Source of the DNA: Octopus vulgaris
Lineage: Eukaryota
Reading direction: 5' to 3'
Length of the DNA stretch: 64,000 nucleotides
NCBI GenBank assembly: GCA_951406725.2
Contig: OX597814.1
Location: 196,168,001-196,232,000, forward strand
Position 1 is the stretch's first letter, and the number at the start of each line of letters is the position of its first letter. This document shows positions 42,357 to 56,361 of this stretch, in pieces. The notes under the pieces were generated by a model. It ran no database searches and was not told the origin of the DNA. It was given only the letters and a program-made list of their open reading frames with translations. Position numbers and translations under genes: made by a program.

Positions 42357-42414
<58 letters not shown>

Positions 42415-42465
42415 TTAAATATTTGTTGTGCAAGATTTTTTATGTGAAGTCGTGTGTTGAAACAG

Positions 42466-42808
42466 ATATTGTTATATTTCGGAATGGTCATTTTGCCAGT
42501 TTAGCCAATAAAAACACACGCACTATATATTTGATGTTACTTTGCTTCAGTGTTATTTATTTTTTACATTAATCTTAATCTTATTTCGGCCAGAGTTCTT
42601 TCGTCACACTCCTGTGACCGCATCAGTGGTCCTTTGTTTTCTTCCTTCTCCTTACTAACCGTCAGCCATTTTGTATACAAAATGGCTGACGAAATAAGAT
42701 TAAGATTAATGTAAAAAATAAATAACACTGAAGCAAAGTAACATCAAATATATAGTACGTGTGTTTTTATTGGCTAAACTGGCAAAATGACCATTCCGAA
42801 ATATAACA

Positions 42809-42812
<4 letters not shown>
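42466..42812. mobile_element. Penelope-like fold-back with ~122-bp near-perfect arms and an inner 32-bp palindrome
   Basis: 42466-42588/42690-42812; cgtcagccattttgtatacaaaatggctgacg at 42660-42691. Confidence 0.8.
42588..42632 (-). ncRNA. Hammerhead motif (A9->C)
   Basis: Minus strand CCA-CTGATGC-G-GTCACA-GGAG-TGTGAC-GAAA-GAAC-TC-TGG. Confidence 0.6.
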
Positions 42813-42868
<56 letters not shown>

Positions 42869-43163
42869 GATATGTTATAACACTATTCTACAGCTATACC
42901 AACTATCAAATAATGCTCATCCACATATACAAAAACAGCTATACCAGCAATCCATCAGCAGCTGCCCCCCGGATATCATTATGGTTTCGACACTTGGGCA
43001 GTACCATTCAATCCGATGGTGTCAACAGCACTAAAATAAATGTTGTTTGGGAACAAACAAAAGAAACCACAACTTTCAAACACATTTGCCCTACGTACAA
43101 CCGTATCGATAAATAAATTCATAAGTAAATTACAGCTACTGCTAAACGTAACTAAACAGCAAC

Positions 43164-43235
43164 AAGTCATACGAAATTATAATAATACAAAGTCATACAA
43201 AATTATAATAATACAAAGTCATACAAAATTATAAT
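43164..43235. repeat. 26-bp tandem repeat, about 2.8 copies
   Basis: aagtcatacaaaattataataataca repeated. Confidence 0.9.
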
Positions 43236-43269
43236 CCCTGCCGTCTTCCGTAGCGTAATATAAAGTAAA

Positions 43270-43630
43270 AGCTCTACTCCCTGGAGAGGAGACGTGAGAG
43301 ATATGCAGTGTTATACATTTGGAAAGTAATGGAGGGTCTAGCTCCAAATTTCGGAATCGAAATCTACAACTGTCTCTGAACTGGATGGCACGGCACAGTA
43401 TTAAATGTCTCATCTTCTCCATCGAGGATACGAATCCAATATTGTAATAGCTTGGGATTCAAGGGAAAACAACTTTTCAGTACCCTCCCACAGAATATCA
43501 AGGATCTGCAAGGTGTAGACATGGAATTCTTCAAAAGAATAAAAAATGTCTAGACAGTTTTTTTATCTGCAATTCCGGATGAGCCGACATCACGACAGGA
43601 GGCACAAAGAAGAGCGGCAATGTCCAACTA
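43270..43630 (+). mobile_element. CR1-type LINE C-terminal fragment
   Basis: LYSLERRRERYAVLYIWK..EGLAPN, NSLGFKGKQLFSTLP, IPDEPT motifs. Confidence 0.8.
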
Positions 43631-44993
43631 GCCACTTCACCAGAAGCAATGCTGGAAAAATCCCCGGATGCAGTAAAGGCGGTGCACCAACATGGCCTCA
43701 GCCTCTGACTGAAACCCATAAAATATAAAAGATAAAAGATATATATAAGGGTGTGCAAACAGCGGAAATGTACTCACTATATGTACGTAATTTCATTAAT
43801 TTGCTCAAAGCTGGCGTTTAAATCTATCGCTACTCAGAGTTTCCATTAATTATCATGTTGCACTTGCGATTAGTAAAGTAAAAAAAAAATAATGGCAAAA
43901 CTTCAGAGTAAACTCTGCCTTGGAATACATATATACATTCATACATACATCCATTGCTACATACATACATACATGCATGCATGCATGCATGCATACGTAC
44001 ATACATACCTACATACATACATACATCTATACATACATAGCTACATACATACATACATACATACATACATACATGCATCCATAGTTACATACATACATAG
44101 CTACATACATACATACATACATACATAGTTACATACATAGATACATACATACATAGTTACATACATACATACATACATATATACATAGTTACATACATAC
44201 ATGCAGACATGCATGCATACATACATACATGGTTGTATGTACATGTATGCGTGTGTATGTGTACGTGTGTATGTTTCTGTGTATGCATGCATACATGCAT
44301 ACTCGATGCCATTCACTGGTCGATTTAATTATACGTTTTCTGAAGGTAAAGGTAACTGACAAACATTAACGGGTTCCAATTTCTCCATTAAAATCTCTTA
44401 AAGATAGAATATATTAAATGCCTACTTATTAACGCCAAGCTTATAATTGGATGCTTTTGATAACAAGACAATTATAGACAGCGAATACTTGAAGGATCCA
44501 TTGTCGTGTAGAAATAGTGTTTGAATAGTGAAACAATAATTGAGTTGATATCACTGCAGGTCTCCATTGTATCTTCAATGTCAATCGAAGAACAGGGAAC
44601 AAAATTCTTCCTTTAACACTGGACGTAATTTGGCCGAGTGTATAAAAGAAAAACCGGAATATGCTCAATCAAAATCGGTACGATACTTTTAGTGGAGGCC
44701 ATTTTAGTTTGTTTAAAATGTTAAAAGACTTGGAAAAGGCATGAATATCACAGCTTCTCACATCATTCGTATGATAACATATGTATTTTCAAGACTATTG
44801 AAAAGTTTGCAAGACGCAAGGAAAATTTTAGGAAAATAAAAATAAGAAATAAGTGGAAATTTTACCGGTGAGTGTGTTAAATTATTAGACTCAAAAAGAA
44901 AATGACTCTCCCCAGACATAACAGAATATGCTTCAAGACATGAACTCACATAAAGAATCTTGCAAACCAAATCCAAAAACTAAATATGTATTT

Positions 44994-45210
44994 AATTTTA
45001 TTAACTAATAGCCTTTGAAAAGGCTTCGATGGCACAATTGCTCGCTCCATTCTCGAATAACATATCTAGTGAATTTTATTAATTAATAGCCTTGGGAAAC
45101 GAATGGATATCACACCTACACACGTTATTCATTGACAACACACGTAGGAAATTTTTTTAATTAATAACACTGGAAAAGGCATGGATGTCACAACTTCTAT
45201 TATTCGAGAG
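44994..45210. repeat. Degenerate 78-bp tandem repeat, about 3 copies
   Basis: Units start at 44994, 45072 and 45150; a related unit lies at ~44730. Confidence 0.7.
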
Positions 45211-45769
45211 CAAAATTGGGTACTTGTATGTAATTCATATGAAAGCTATATTTTCTTTGATATACACAGGCCTCGAATATTGGGGGTGGGCATTACTGGA
45301 TTACCTCGACTAGCACTTGTTTTATCGACTTCGCAGAATTAAAGCTAAGGTCGACCTCGGTGGTCTTTGAACTAAGAATCGGAAGCCAGAAGAAACGCGT
45401 TGAAACATTTTGTTCGGCGTACTAACAATTCTCCTAGTTCGATGTCTTATGGAAACAATAATTTCAAAACATAGGGAGTTATACAAAGCAAGATGTGAGT
45501 TCTGACTTACATATTGCAGGGACTGAGGGGTATAGTTTAGCATCATGACATTCTTGAAGAGCAAATTCTATATAATCTTTTTTCTTCAACTTTCTAGCGC
45601 TTTAATTCATGATTGGCTTTCATCGTTCATTTTTGTGACAATTTCGTATATATTATACACAAACACACATAGACACAAACACACATATATATATATACAT
45701 ACATGCATACATACATACATACTTACTTACGTACATACATACATACATACATACATACATACATACATT

Positions 45770-45801
<32 letters not shown>

Positions 45802-45885
45802 CATGCATACAAATACGTGTATTGGCGTGTGTGCATGCACAAATACACACATATATATTAGCACATGCATACATACATACATACA

Positions 45886-45917
<32 letters not shown>

Positions 45918-45918
45918 C

Positions 45919-45954
<36 letters not shown>

Positions 45955-46741
45955 ATGTGTTGTCAATGAATAATGTGTGTAGTTGTGATATTCATTCCTT
46001 TCCCAAGGCTTTTAATTAATAAAATCAAATACATATATACACACATAGACAAACACACGCACGCACACACACACACCCACACACATATATCCATTGATTG
46101 CAAGAGACAGTTCAGGACAATTGTCATGCTGATGGCGCATGTGAAAGCAGAAACAGTGTCCGTGGCTCCCCTCTTATTCCCAGACAATAAGTCTGCCTGT
46201 TTTCTTAATAGGATGTTAAATTGGGAGAATTCTTAATTGTTGAGATCGGTACCCACTTTGATATAGAACTGTTCTCAATAACTAATTGGAATTTCTAACG
46301 CATGACCTAGATCTGAATATCATTTCAATAAATTAAGAAATTATTTTGCATCGTCTTAGGCCTGACCTAGAGTTATTTCCCTTAGCCTAATTCTACTTAA
46401 CTGATGAAAATATCTTGTGACGTAAATGTCTTTTAATATTTTTGTTTATGTCTATTTCGTTTGATTGATTAGAGACATGTTAGCACATTTATCGTACTCA
46501 TGGCGCTTATTAGGGCAAAAATATGTATCCACGACTGTCCTCTTATTCCCGTGCAGTATGCTTTTCCATTTCATTAATGGCATGTCATCTTTGGAGAAAT
46601 ACTTAATTCTTGAGTTTATCTCCTCAAGTGGAACTGCTCTAAGTTGCCGTTTGGTAATCTGGACACGTTCCTTAGACAATGATATAATTTTAATGAATAA
46701 GATATAATGATTGAGATATAAACAGTAGCAATAGGGAATAG

Positions 46742-46973
46742 TAACATATAATTGACAACCAAGTGTGGCGTCCTATGCTGAAGAGTGCCACTGACGTCTA
46801 TAGCTTCAGGAAGATATCTCTTCCAGCTGGCTAATGGCACACATTCTCGCAAATACTAATCGGACACAAAATGTGTGTCGTTAGCCAGCTGGAAGAGATG
46901 TCTTCCTTGGGCTATAAACGTCAATAGCACTGTCCCTTATAGGACGCCGCATTTGGTTGGCAATTCTATGTTA
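46742..46973. repeat. 232-bp imperfect palindrome (~104-bp arms, 24-nt spacer)
   Basis: Arms 46742-46845 / 46870-46973; the centre is homologous to 27140-27210. Confidence 0.85.
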
Positions 46974-47189
46974 TGATATATATATATATATATATATAGG
47001 CGCATGGCTCAGTGGTTAGAGTGTCAATCTTACGATTGTGAGGGGAGAGGAGGCCGGTATGCTGGTCTTCCATAAACAACCTTGCTCGGACTTGAGCCTG
47101 GAAGGGTAACTTTCTAGGTGTAATCCGATGGTCAGTGTCGTGACCGAAAGGGGTCTCAGAAAAAAACAAAAAAAAAACATATATATATA

Positions 47190-47455
47190 GTGGAGGCGCA
47201 ATGGCCTAGTGGTTAGGGCAGCGGGTGTTGTGAGTGTTTATTGAGCGAAAACACCTAAAAGCTCCACGAAGCTCCGGCAGGGGGTGGTGATCCCTGCTGT
47301 ACTCTTTCACCACTCTTTCTCTCACTCTTTCTTCTGTTGGCCTGCTCGCTTAGCCAGCCGGGTGGCGTCATTCGAAGGCTAAAACAATGCGAACGCATTG
47401 TGACCAGCGATGTGTAGCAACATCTGATGGTCTGGTCGGTCACGTGATCATGTGA
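47190..47455 (+). mobile_element. SINE family C, tail type i
   Basis: Matches 20326-20600. Confidence 0.85.
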
Positions 47456-47523
47456 TATATATATATATATAAATAAATGTGTGTGTGTGAGTGTGTGTGT
47501 GTGTAGAACACGGCTGTCACCAC

Positions 47524-47567
47524 ATAAACCTGATGATTGCATAACGCGTGAAAGTACTAGATTATTG
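47524..47567 (+). ncRNA. Minimal hammerhead motif
   Basis: AAAC-CTGATGA-TTGC-ATAAC-GCGT-GAAA-GTAC-TA-GATT. Confidence 0.55.
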
Positions 47568-47661
47568 TAAAATTCTAAAACTTGCAAAGAATAAATTGTG
47601 AGAACCAGACAAGTTGAAATTTCATTGATTAATATATTTTTATACACGCAATCATACAAAC

Positions 47662-47729
<68 letters not shown>

Positions 47730-48163
47730 TTATATCAATTGGTGCTATTATTAAATTAGACATTGTCTTGACCAATTTTTGGCCGAAACATATCTAAGTT
47801 ATAAAAGTTATGTACGTTTTACAGCAATGTCTTCCTGTGTATTATAGAATCGTAGTATAGTTCAATTTGATAGATAATACTTCAAAATTAACATCAATAT
47901 TAAGTTTCAATTCCTGAATATTAGATTTATATGCATCTAACTATTATCATGAATGATAATCATCATAATCTTACAGCTATACTATAACTTGTAAAATATA
48001 AAATTAGAAATTTTGCTGCGCTTGTATTTCTGCAGCCGAAATATTCAGAAAGTCTTATAAGATATTGACGATTGGCCAACAAGAATAATGCATACAAACG
48101 ATCAGGATTTAAAGAAATTACGTTATTTAACTAGGTATTCGCTTAAAATAAATAAATGTGATT

Positions 48164-48288
48164 GACTGGTAAGAAGTTTGCTTCCCAACCAGATGGTCCG
48201 GGTTTCAGTCCCACTGCGTGGCACATTATACACGCGTTTTTTTTTTACTATAGCCTCGAACCAACTGAACTCTATCTGTCTATATCTA

Positions 48289-48337
<49 letters not shown>

Positions 48338-48612
48338 ATCTATCTATCTCACTATCTATCTATCTATCTATCTATCTATCAGCGCGTGTGAGCGTTTGTG
48401 TCTGTGCTTCTCCGCTCCCCTCACAGCTTGATCACTTGTGTTGGTGTGTTTACGTTCCCATAACTTAGCGGTTTCCCCAAATAGAGCCGATAAAATAAGT
48501 ACCAGGCTTCAAAAAAAAAGAAGGTACACTTATCAAACAGTTCGGCTAAAATTCTTCAAGGTGATGATCCAGCATGGCCGCAGTCTAATGAGTGAAACAA
48601 CTAGAAGATAAA
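48164..48612 (+). mobile_element. SINE family B (old)
   Basis: Family match. Confidence 0.75.
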
Positions 48613-48624
48613 CATATATCTACC

Positions 48625-48970
48625 TTATTTACATTTGACGGATATTTGTCCTCATCTTATTTGGCGTAGTAGTTAAGAGCGCGGGCTACTAACCCCAACG
48701 TTCCGAGTTCGATTCCGAGCAGTGACCCGAATAATAATAATAATGATAATAATAATAAGAAGAACAGTAATAATAATAATAATAATAATATCATCGAAAA
48801 CTACCTTAGGACTGAGAGCCCATGTTCAAAATTTCCCCAAGACACCTGATGAAGACGGGAGAGTATACCAACCGAAACGTTGTGTTAAGAACAAGCAGGA
48901 TGAGGACAAATATCCGTCAAATGTAAATAATGTCACGTACATAATCCCTCATCTCTTAAATGTAGAACTG
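48625..48970 (+). mobile_element. tRNA-head/(TAA)n/hammerhead-tail element with a 32-bp inverted duplication at its 5' side
   Basis: A box ggcgtagtagttaag and B box gagttcgattcc at 48663-48720; (TAA)n; hammerhead at 48841-48886; inverted pair 48625-48656/48899-48930. Confidence 0.65.
48841..48886 (+). ncRNA. Minimal hammerhead motif
   Basis: GACAC-CTGATGA-A-[helix II, decayed]-GAAA-CG-TT-GTGTT; second copy at 56452-56497. Confidence 0.6.
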
Positions 48971-49511
48971 TTAACATATAAATATCTGTATTACGGACGT
49001 TGTATTAAAAGATGTTGCGTGATATTTGGAAGAACTACATACCTCAAGTGATGAGGTAAGGTCTTAGAGAACATTAAAGACACAAATAGACACATTAGCC
49101 AGGCTAATTTATTACTCATTTCTACCGTTTTCTTACATTTTGGTTGAGGTGGAATAAAGTAATATTCTTGGAAGTTTGAATTATTTTTAGTGAGAAATAA
49201 GCGAAGGTCGAAGCCAAGTACAATTTCAAGTTTAATTCCCTGGTTGTGCTTGATTACATTAGATTTTATTTAATTTACATAGCAATATACATGAACAATA
49301 ACATCGTTAATTATGGTTTCCAACTTCAACAATGTTAGTTTAAAATCAATAAATCCGAGACGTCGTGTCTTCCAAATCGAGATCAATATATTAAGGGAAA
49401 TATTGGTCACGTAAGTAACACATTCAGAAACATAATTTAGTAAAAGTGAAGGTAAATGTTGTAAAACAATGGAACATCTTGAAACTGGGACTTTTATTAC
49501 CTGAAATATAT

Positions 49512-50112
49512 ATATTTCTTCACTACCCATAAGTGGCTAAACATAGAGGGGGCAAACAAGGACAGACAAAGGGGTTAAGTCGATTACATCGACCCCAGTG
49601 CGAAACTGGTACTTTATTTATCGACCCCGAAAGGATGAAAAGCAAAGTCGAGCTCGGCGTCATTTGAACTCAGAACGTAACGACAGACGAAATACCTATT
49701 TCTTTACTACCCACAAGGGGGTAAACATACAGGGGACAAACAAGGACAGACAAAGGGATTATGTCGATTACATCGACCCTAGTGCGAAACTGGTACTTTA
49801 TTTATCGACCCCGAAAGGATGAAAGGCAAAGTCGACCTGTGCATCATTTGAATTCAGAACATAACGACAGACGAAATGCCTATTTCTTTACTACCCACAA
49901 GGGGCTAAACACAGAGGGGACAAACAAGGACAGACAAAGGGATTAAGTCGATTATATCGACCCCAGTGCACAACTGGTACTTTATTTATCGACCACGAAA
50001 GCATGAAAGGCAAAGTCAACCTCGGCGGAATTTGAACTCAGAACGTAACGACAGACGAAATACCGCTAAGCATTTTGCCCGGCGCACTAACGTTTCTGCC
50101 AGCTCGCCGCCT
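49512..50112 (-). mobile_element. SINE family A, tandem trimer of a ~185-bp unit
   Basis: Three head-to-tail core units. Confidence 0.9.
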
Positions 50113-51305
50113 TCAATACCTGAAATATATATTGTTGTTAGTGTTTAAGGAGCGTACAAGCTAACAAAAGAAATATGCGAATGTATGCACCAAAGCGAAT
50201 GCGAGTGGCGTCGTAGATGAAGTGTTGCTCGCAAGAGCGCCGTTTCGATTCTCTGCCTGGTTATGTTTTTGGGCGAAGCACCTCATTTCATGTTGCTCAA
50301 CCAGCCTACATGTACATGAGTAACACTACAAGGGACTGGCGTCCTATGCAAGTGGGATGAAATCTCGGTCACTTAAATGCCCTAAAAACCGGGTAGCTGA
50401 TCATGTGGGTCCTAGGACATGAGTGAATAATGCACAGGGCTTGGTGATAGTGTATGTAGTAGGTGCGTATGTCTTTTTAATTTTAATATCAATTGAAGAC
50501 GGCGAGCGGGCGGAATCGTTAGCACGCTGTGCAAAATACTTAGTGACATGTCATCCTTATTTATTTTCTGCGTTCTAATTCCACCGACGTCAGCTTTGCC
50601 TTTCATCCTTTCGTGGTCGATAAAATAAATACCAGTTGAGCACTGGAGTCGATGCAATTGACTTATCCACTCCCGCAACATTAGCGACCTTGTGCCATAT
50701 TTGAAACCAATATTTCAATATCAATTTATGTCACAAAAACCGTCTGCCTTTTTGTAAGCTATATGGAATGTATAGTGGCTTATAGAACAACGGCTTGCCA
50801 GACCATATCTCATTATTTACATGGCGTTGTGTATCTGGTCAAATATTCTATACTCAAAAGCCTCGTCGTCTTGTTATAAATAGCAACTCTATGATCAGAT
50901 ACAAAATCATTATATAACTAATAATTGTTCTGTTAACTTTAAGCAATTATATGAAATATTTCATCCATTGTTGAGTTAGTTGCTTGCGGAGAGATATGTT
51001 CCTAACAATTTCACTTTCTCTTAATAGAAAATAAGATTTTTCTGTAGTTCTCTAAGAATACAAAAGGATTTAGCAAATCAATTATATATATACTGAATCT
51101 CAGGATAGTTTTGGTTCAGTCATTTAAAATAAATGGTGACTCTAGGTAAAATATTTGACAAGCGATAACACATTCATCATCTTGGAGCTTCCTGGATCAA
51201 ATGTACCAGCTTCCTACAACAGCTTCAGAATTTCCTCCTACACCAGAATTTAAGGTGTGTGTATGTGTGTGTATGTGTGTGCGTGTGCGTGGGTATGTGT
51301 GTGTG

Positions 51306-51361
<56 letters not shown>

Positions 51362-51584
51362 GGGAAAACAAGGGGAAGAAAATCGAGAAGAAATGGATGT
51401 AATTACTGATTTATTTGCATGTTATATGATGATCACCTAAGTGGAGTTTTATTTCTCTCCTTTTTTCCCTAATGAGATGATGGCAATGTTTTATATAATT
51501 TTATTCCCTCCAGAATAATATCAATGTTTTCTGCGAAACATATGTCGAAAAGATTTGAATAACACCTGCGTTTAACTCCATTTC

Positions 51585-51634
<50 letters not shown>

Positions 51635-52565
51635 TTCACTCTTCATGGGTAATTGTTTTCGTGGAACTCGAAAAAATGATATACAAAACTGATCTCAGTG
51701 GCAATTGAACTCTGAGTGGAAGGTTTCGGTAGAAATGACGCCAAGTATTCTGTCTGAAACTCTGTCGACATTACCAGTTCCAATAAATAAATAAATAAAT
51801 AAATATATATATATATATATTTAACAGTTCCATCATCATATGACCGAAGGAAAACGATTGACTGAATGAGGACCTGTAGTGGGCACACGATCTCAGATGG
51901 ATAGAGTGTGTGAAATATTGTAATTTGGGGTGTGAAGCCTTGTAGCCTACTGTTTAGGATTGTGTGTACACGTCTATAATGCCACGAGTTCGATTGCTAT
52001 ACTGGGTGGCATTGCTCCCATCAATTCTGCTGAAAGTGAGTATTAGCTGACGGCTGATTCAAGCCTCTCTGTTCGTTCAGCTGTCGCATTCTTGATATAA
52101 CGTGGGGTTAAATGGAATAGGGTCAATAGGGTTTTTATGTCTGACTGCAACTACTTAGACCCTTAACGCAAGTAGAGGAAGTGCGGTGCGAGTTACCAGG
52201 TGAAACTGTCATGTGAGTGACGGTTAAACATAAATGACTGGGATTGGATGAGAGATTAAAGAGGAAGAAATGAATGGGTCGGAAAGATATGAGTGTCGAA
52301 GGAATGGGACAGTTATTTCTAGGGAGCAAAGGCCACTGATGTATCGATAGTTATGGCAGAGAGAAGTGACAGCACACCTCAGGGCAAGATATTACAGTGA
52401 TTGTGGTATTGGTGAGTGATTCTATGTCAGTCAATCTAGTGTGCGGACGTCGTTCAGGCTAGGATGTCTGTATGTGTGGCAGTATTAGTCTGTATGTGTA
52501 ATAGTATTGGTCTGTTTGTGTAGCAGTATTGTCTCAGACGGCAACCTGATTTCAATTCTCGATTT

Positions 52566-52628
<63 letters not shown>

Positions 52629-53327
52629 CAAGAAAATATCGAACGTCAATACATACAAAAACGTCAATAATCGTAAAGTTTAGTTCTCTTTTCTCCCAAC
52701 AGAATACGATTAATTGCTTTATATTTTGTGTTGCTTCTGCCAGCACAAACCTGTAGAAGGAATATAAAATATAATTTGAAAACAACAAAATATTTTGCAA
52801 ACGAATGAAGAAATACAACGTTTCTCTGTATTTTAATTACAGTATGCAATAAATGAGCGGAATCTTTTTATGAATAATTGATAAAAATCGATAGGAAGAA
52901 ATTATAACAACTCATCAAAACTGTTAAGATGATTTAAACGATTTCAATGAATGGATCCTATTCGAAGCGTCATGGAACATTCTAGAAGAAAGTGTCTTTC
53001 ATTAATATTACAAATTATTTCATGGTTAAAGTTAAAAATAAACAATGATAGGAAGAAAGTGTTGAAGTCCCAAAACTATTGGCTGTTAATTAACGTAAAA
53101 TCTTTATTGAGTTATTAAAGCTAAGAAAACGGGAAAAAGCAAGGAAATGCGTGTGAAGCATGTGTGTGTGTGTGTATAGGATATTGTCTTGTATAATACT
53201 TGAGATGTGTCAACTATACAATATTTATTATGTGGGAATATCTGAATGGAAGACACCAGGAGGCATATGAATACACTAAGTTGGCAATATATATATATAT
53301 GAACGTATATATACATACATACATACA

Positions 53328-53358
<31 letters not shown>

Positions 53359-53387
53359 GTATATATATATATAAGCATATATATATA

Positions 53388-53437
<50 letters not shown>

Positions 53438-53465
53438 TATATATATATGTATAAAAACACATACA

Positions 53466-53518
<53 letters not shown>

Positions 53519-54221
53519 GAGGAGAATAATTCAAGGTAGAAAATGCCATGGTAATTTTATCATAAAAAAACATTTTAGTACCGAATCCAGTCATTCAAAC
53601 GTTTTCAACTCTAAGTATGGAAAACAATTAAATTTTTGAAAAATTAAATGAAAAGTTTTTAAAAAGAACATTTGCATAGTATTCAAATACAAGCGGTATT
53701 TTCCTTGTTTCTATCTGTTTCTGTCTTTCTTTTTTACTCTTGTGGGTTCGAGGTCGTTGTGAATTCTTGGCATAAAAGAAGAAGGAGAAGAAGGAGAAGA
53801 AGAAGAAGAGGAGGAGGAGGGTGACAAGCAGAAGAAGAAGAAGAAGAATGCGTGAATGGTGTGATAGTAGCAAGATGTTAAATGGTCAATTGTCCTGAAA
53901 GTGACTTGTTGTGGCATGTAGTATTGATTGATTGAATTCTTGAGGTATCTCTTTAGAATGTATTGTTTTTGATATTTGTGTGGGTGTTATTCTAAACACC
54001 AGTAGCAGTAAAGTAAGGAAGGAGATAGCAGAGAGGAAGATGAAGACGAAGAAGTAGGAGGAGGAGAAGAAGAGAAAGAATAATAAAAGAATGTGAGGGT
54101 GGTTTGATAGTAGTAGGATGTTAGATGGTCAAGTGACCTAAAACTAGGTCGTTGTGGTTTATAATACTGATTGGGACTGTTTTAAATGAATTGTTGGGTA
54201 TCTTCTTTGGTATATATGGAT

Positions 54222-54606
54222 GGAAGCACTCCGTCGGTTACGACGATGAGGGTTCCGGTTGATCCGAGTCAACGGAACATCCTGCTCGTGAAATTAACGT
54301 GCAAGTGGCTGAGCACTCCACAGACACGTGAACCCTTAACGTAGTTCTCGGGGAGATTCAGCGTGACACAGAGAGTGACAAGGCCGGCCCCTTGAAATAC
54401 AGGTACAGCAGAAACAGGAAGTAAGAGTGAGAGAAAGTTGTGGTGAAAGAGTACAGCAGGGATCACCACCATCCCCTGCCGGAGCCTCGTGGAGCTTTTA
54501 GGTGTTTTCGCTCAATAAACACTCACAACGCCCGGTCTGGGAATCGAAACCGCGATCCTATGACCGCGAGTCCGCTGCCCTAACCACTGGGCCATTGCGC
54601 ATCCAC
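54222..54606 (-). mobile_element. SINE family C, full length, tail type ii
   Basis: Family match. Confidence 0.9.
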
Positions 54607-55026
54607 TTTTGGTATATATATAAAATGAACAAAAACGCAATAGAGGACAATGAAACATTCGAATAGATAGATGATACAAAGGCGGACAGGAGAAACAACA
54701 ATTAGAAGAACAGGGAAATAAAGTAAGCGTCATTTATCACCTTCTTTCTGTTCGGGCAGTTACACTTGAGACATTAGATTCTCTGTAAGAAAGCAAGCGA
54801 ATATGTACAGCAACAAAGACAACAAAAACAAAGGGAGAACATAGTACACAATTACAAATACAAATAACAAGAATATAACAAATTGAGATGCCGTGTATGA
54901 AGTAAAAGCGTAAACGCAGGAACATAGGAGGTGTTTTGGCGGTTGGCAGTCAGGCCCAAAAAGAAAGATCATGGCTAGCCGGATACCGGTCACGTGGATT
55001 CTGCGTTCGATCCCAGGCATTGACCC

Positions 55027-55092
<66 letters not shown>

Positions 55093-55098
55093 TAATAA

Positions 55099-55698
55099 AT
55101 CAAAACCTCTGACAAATGGTATAAACATCATCCTGAAGCTGTGACTGAGGGAGAAAATGTGTCGATTCTATGGGACTTCCCCGTGCAGACCGACAGGACT
55201 ATAAAAGCTTATAAACCGGATATTATTATAAAAGATCAGACAAAAAGGACGTGTTTATTAATTGACATGAGTATTCCCTGTGATCACAATATAGCGGCGA
55301 AAGAATTTGACAAGATTAGTAAATATAAAGACCTGCTAATAGAAATTGAAAAAATGTGGCATCTCAAGGCGACTACAGTACCAGTGATTGTAGGATCTCT
55401 AGGAATGATAAAAAAAGGTACTGAAACCTATTTGAAAATGATTCCAGGCTTACCATCCCTACAGGAAGTGCAAAAAATCGTATTAACTGGAACGGCTCAT
55501 GTACTGAGAAGAGCATTATCGCTGTGAAAACAACATCCATCCATGAATTTATTTATTTATTAATTTTTGAATATATATTTTATCTGTGAATTTGCGCATG
55601 TAATCTAGGAATGCATACAATGAGCTTCTCTGCCCTAGGTGTCTGGAAAACACTCGGCGAGAAACGGAAGAAAATTTGAAGAAAGAAGGAAAAAACAT
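55099..55698 (+). mobile_element. 5'-truncated R4/Dong-like LINE (RLE domain + 3'UTR) inserted in (TAA)n
   Basis: KWYKHHPEAV..ILWDFPVQTDRTIKAYKPDII..LIDMSIP..KISKYKDL..GTAHVLRRAL* is clearly homologous to 19060-19474; (TAA)n on both sides. Confidence 0.92.
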
Positions 55699-55701
55699 AA
55701 C

Positions 55702-55750
<49 letters not shown>

Positions 55751-55786
55751 GTGATGATAATAATAATAATAATAACAATGATAATG

Positions 55787-55841
<55 letters not shown>

Positions 55842-55842
<1 letters not shown>

Positions 55843-56361
55843 TTCTGATCTTAACTGATTGGAAGTGTTATCATGTACATTGTTTTGTCTTGGTATAAAA
55901 GATGGGCTACAACAAATATTCTGCTCAATACCACAGATTTGCTTGTCAGTTGTTTGACCTTAACCAGTTGAGCATGTCCCTTAGTGGCTGACGATATGTG
56001 CATCTCTGATCACGAGCAGAAGTAGTGGGGGCGCATCATATCCATGTGTTGAGAGGGATTCTTTGGGGTTTGAATAGTTCACCTCTGGAAACATGGGTGG
56101 TTCTTTCAACATCCTTAAACAACCCTTATTCAGGGACCGTTTGAGCGGGATGGGCTACTCAACCTGAAGAAAATTTTAACTGGGCCCCACCTGCAAGGTC
56201 ATGTGCTGTTTATCTTGATATGAGATCACCATGTCGCGCACATATAGTTGTGATGCATGTGCCTGGTGTGCCCTTATCAGACGAGTAGTCATGATGGGTA
56301 TATTGGGCTTCGTATATTTTACCCCAGTGTCACTTTGATGGCATGAACTGCTCTCTCACTC
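55842..56361 (+). mobile_element. Unclassified ~520-bp insert bounded by (TAA)n (probable retroelement 3' end)
   Basis: Complex sequence flanked on both sides by (TAA)n; no recognisable ORF. Confidence 0.45.

Noticed and set aside
44560-44677. Possible exon SPLYLQCQ...YAQSKS
   Set aside because: Weak polypyrimidine tract and no recognisable protein or partner exon.
44994-45210. CRISPR-like repeat/spacer pattern
   Set aside because: Eukaryotic context, repeats are heavily diverged, spacers are mutually related and no cas genes are present; a degenerate minisatellite.
52100-52450. Possible old Jockey/CR1-type LINE 3' fragment on the minus strand
   Set aside because: Only faint motif resemblance; too decayed to call.
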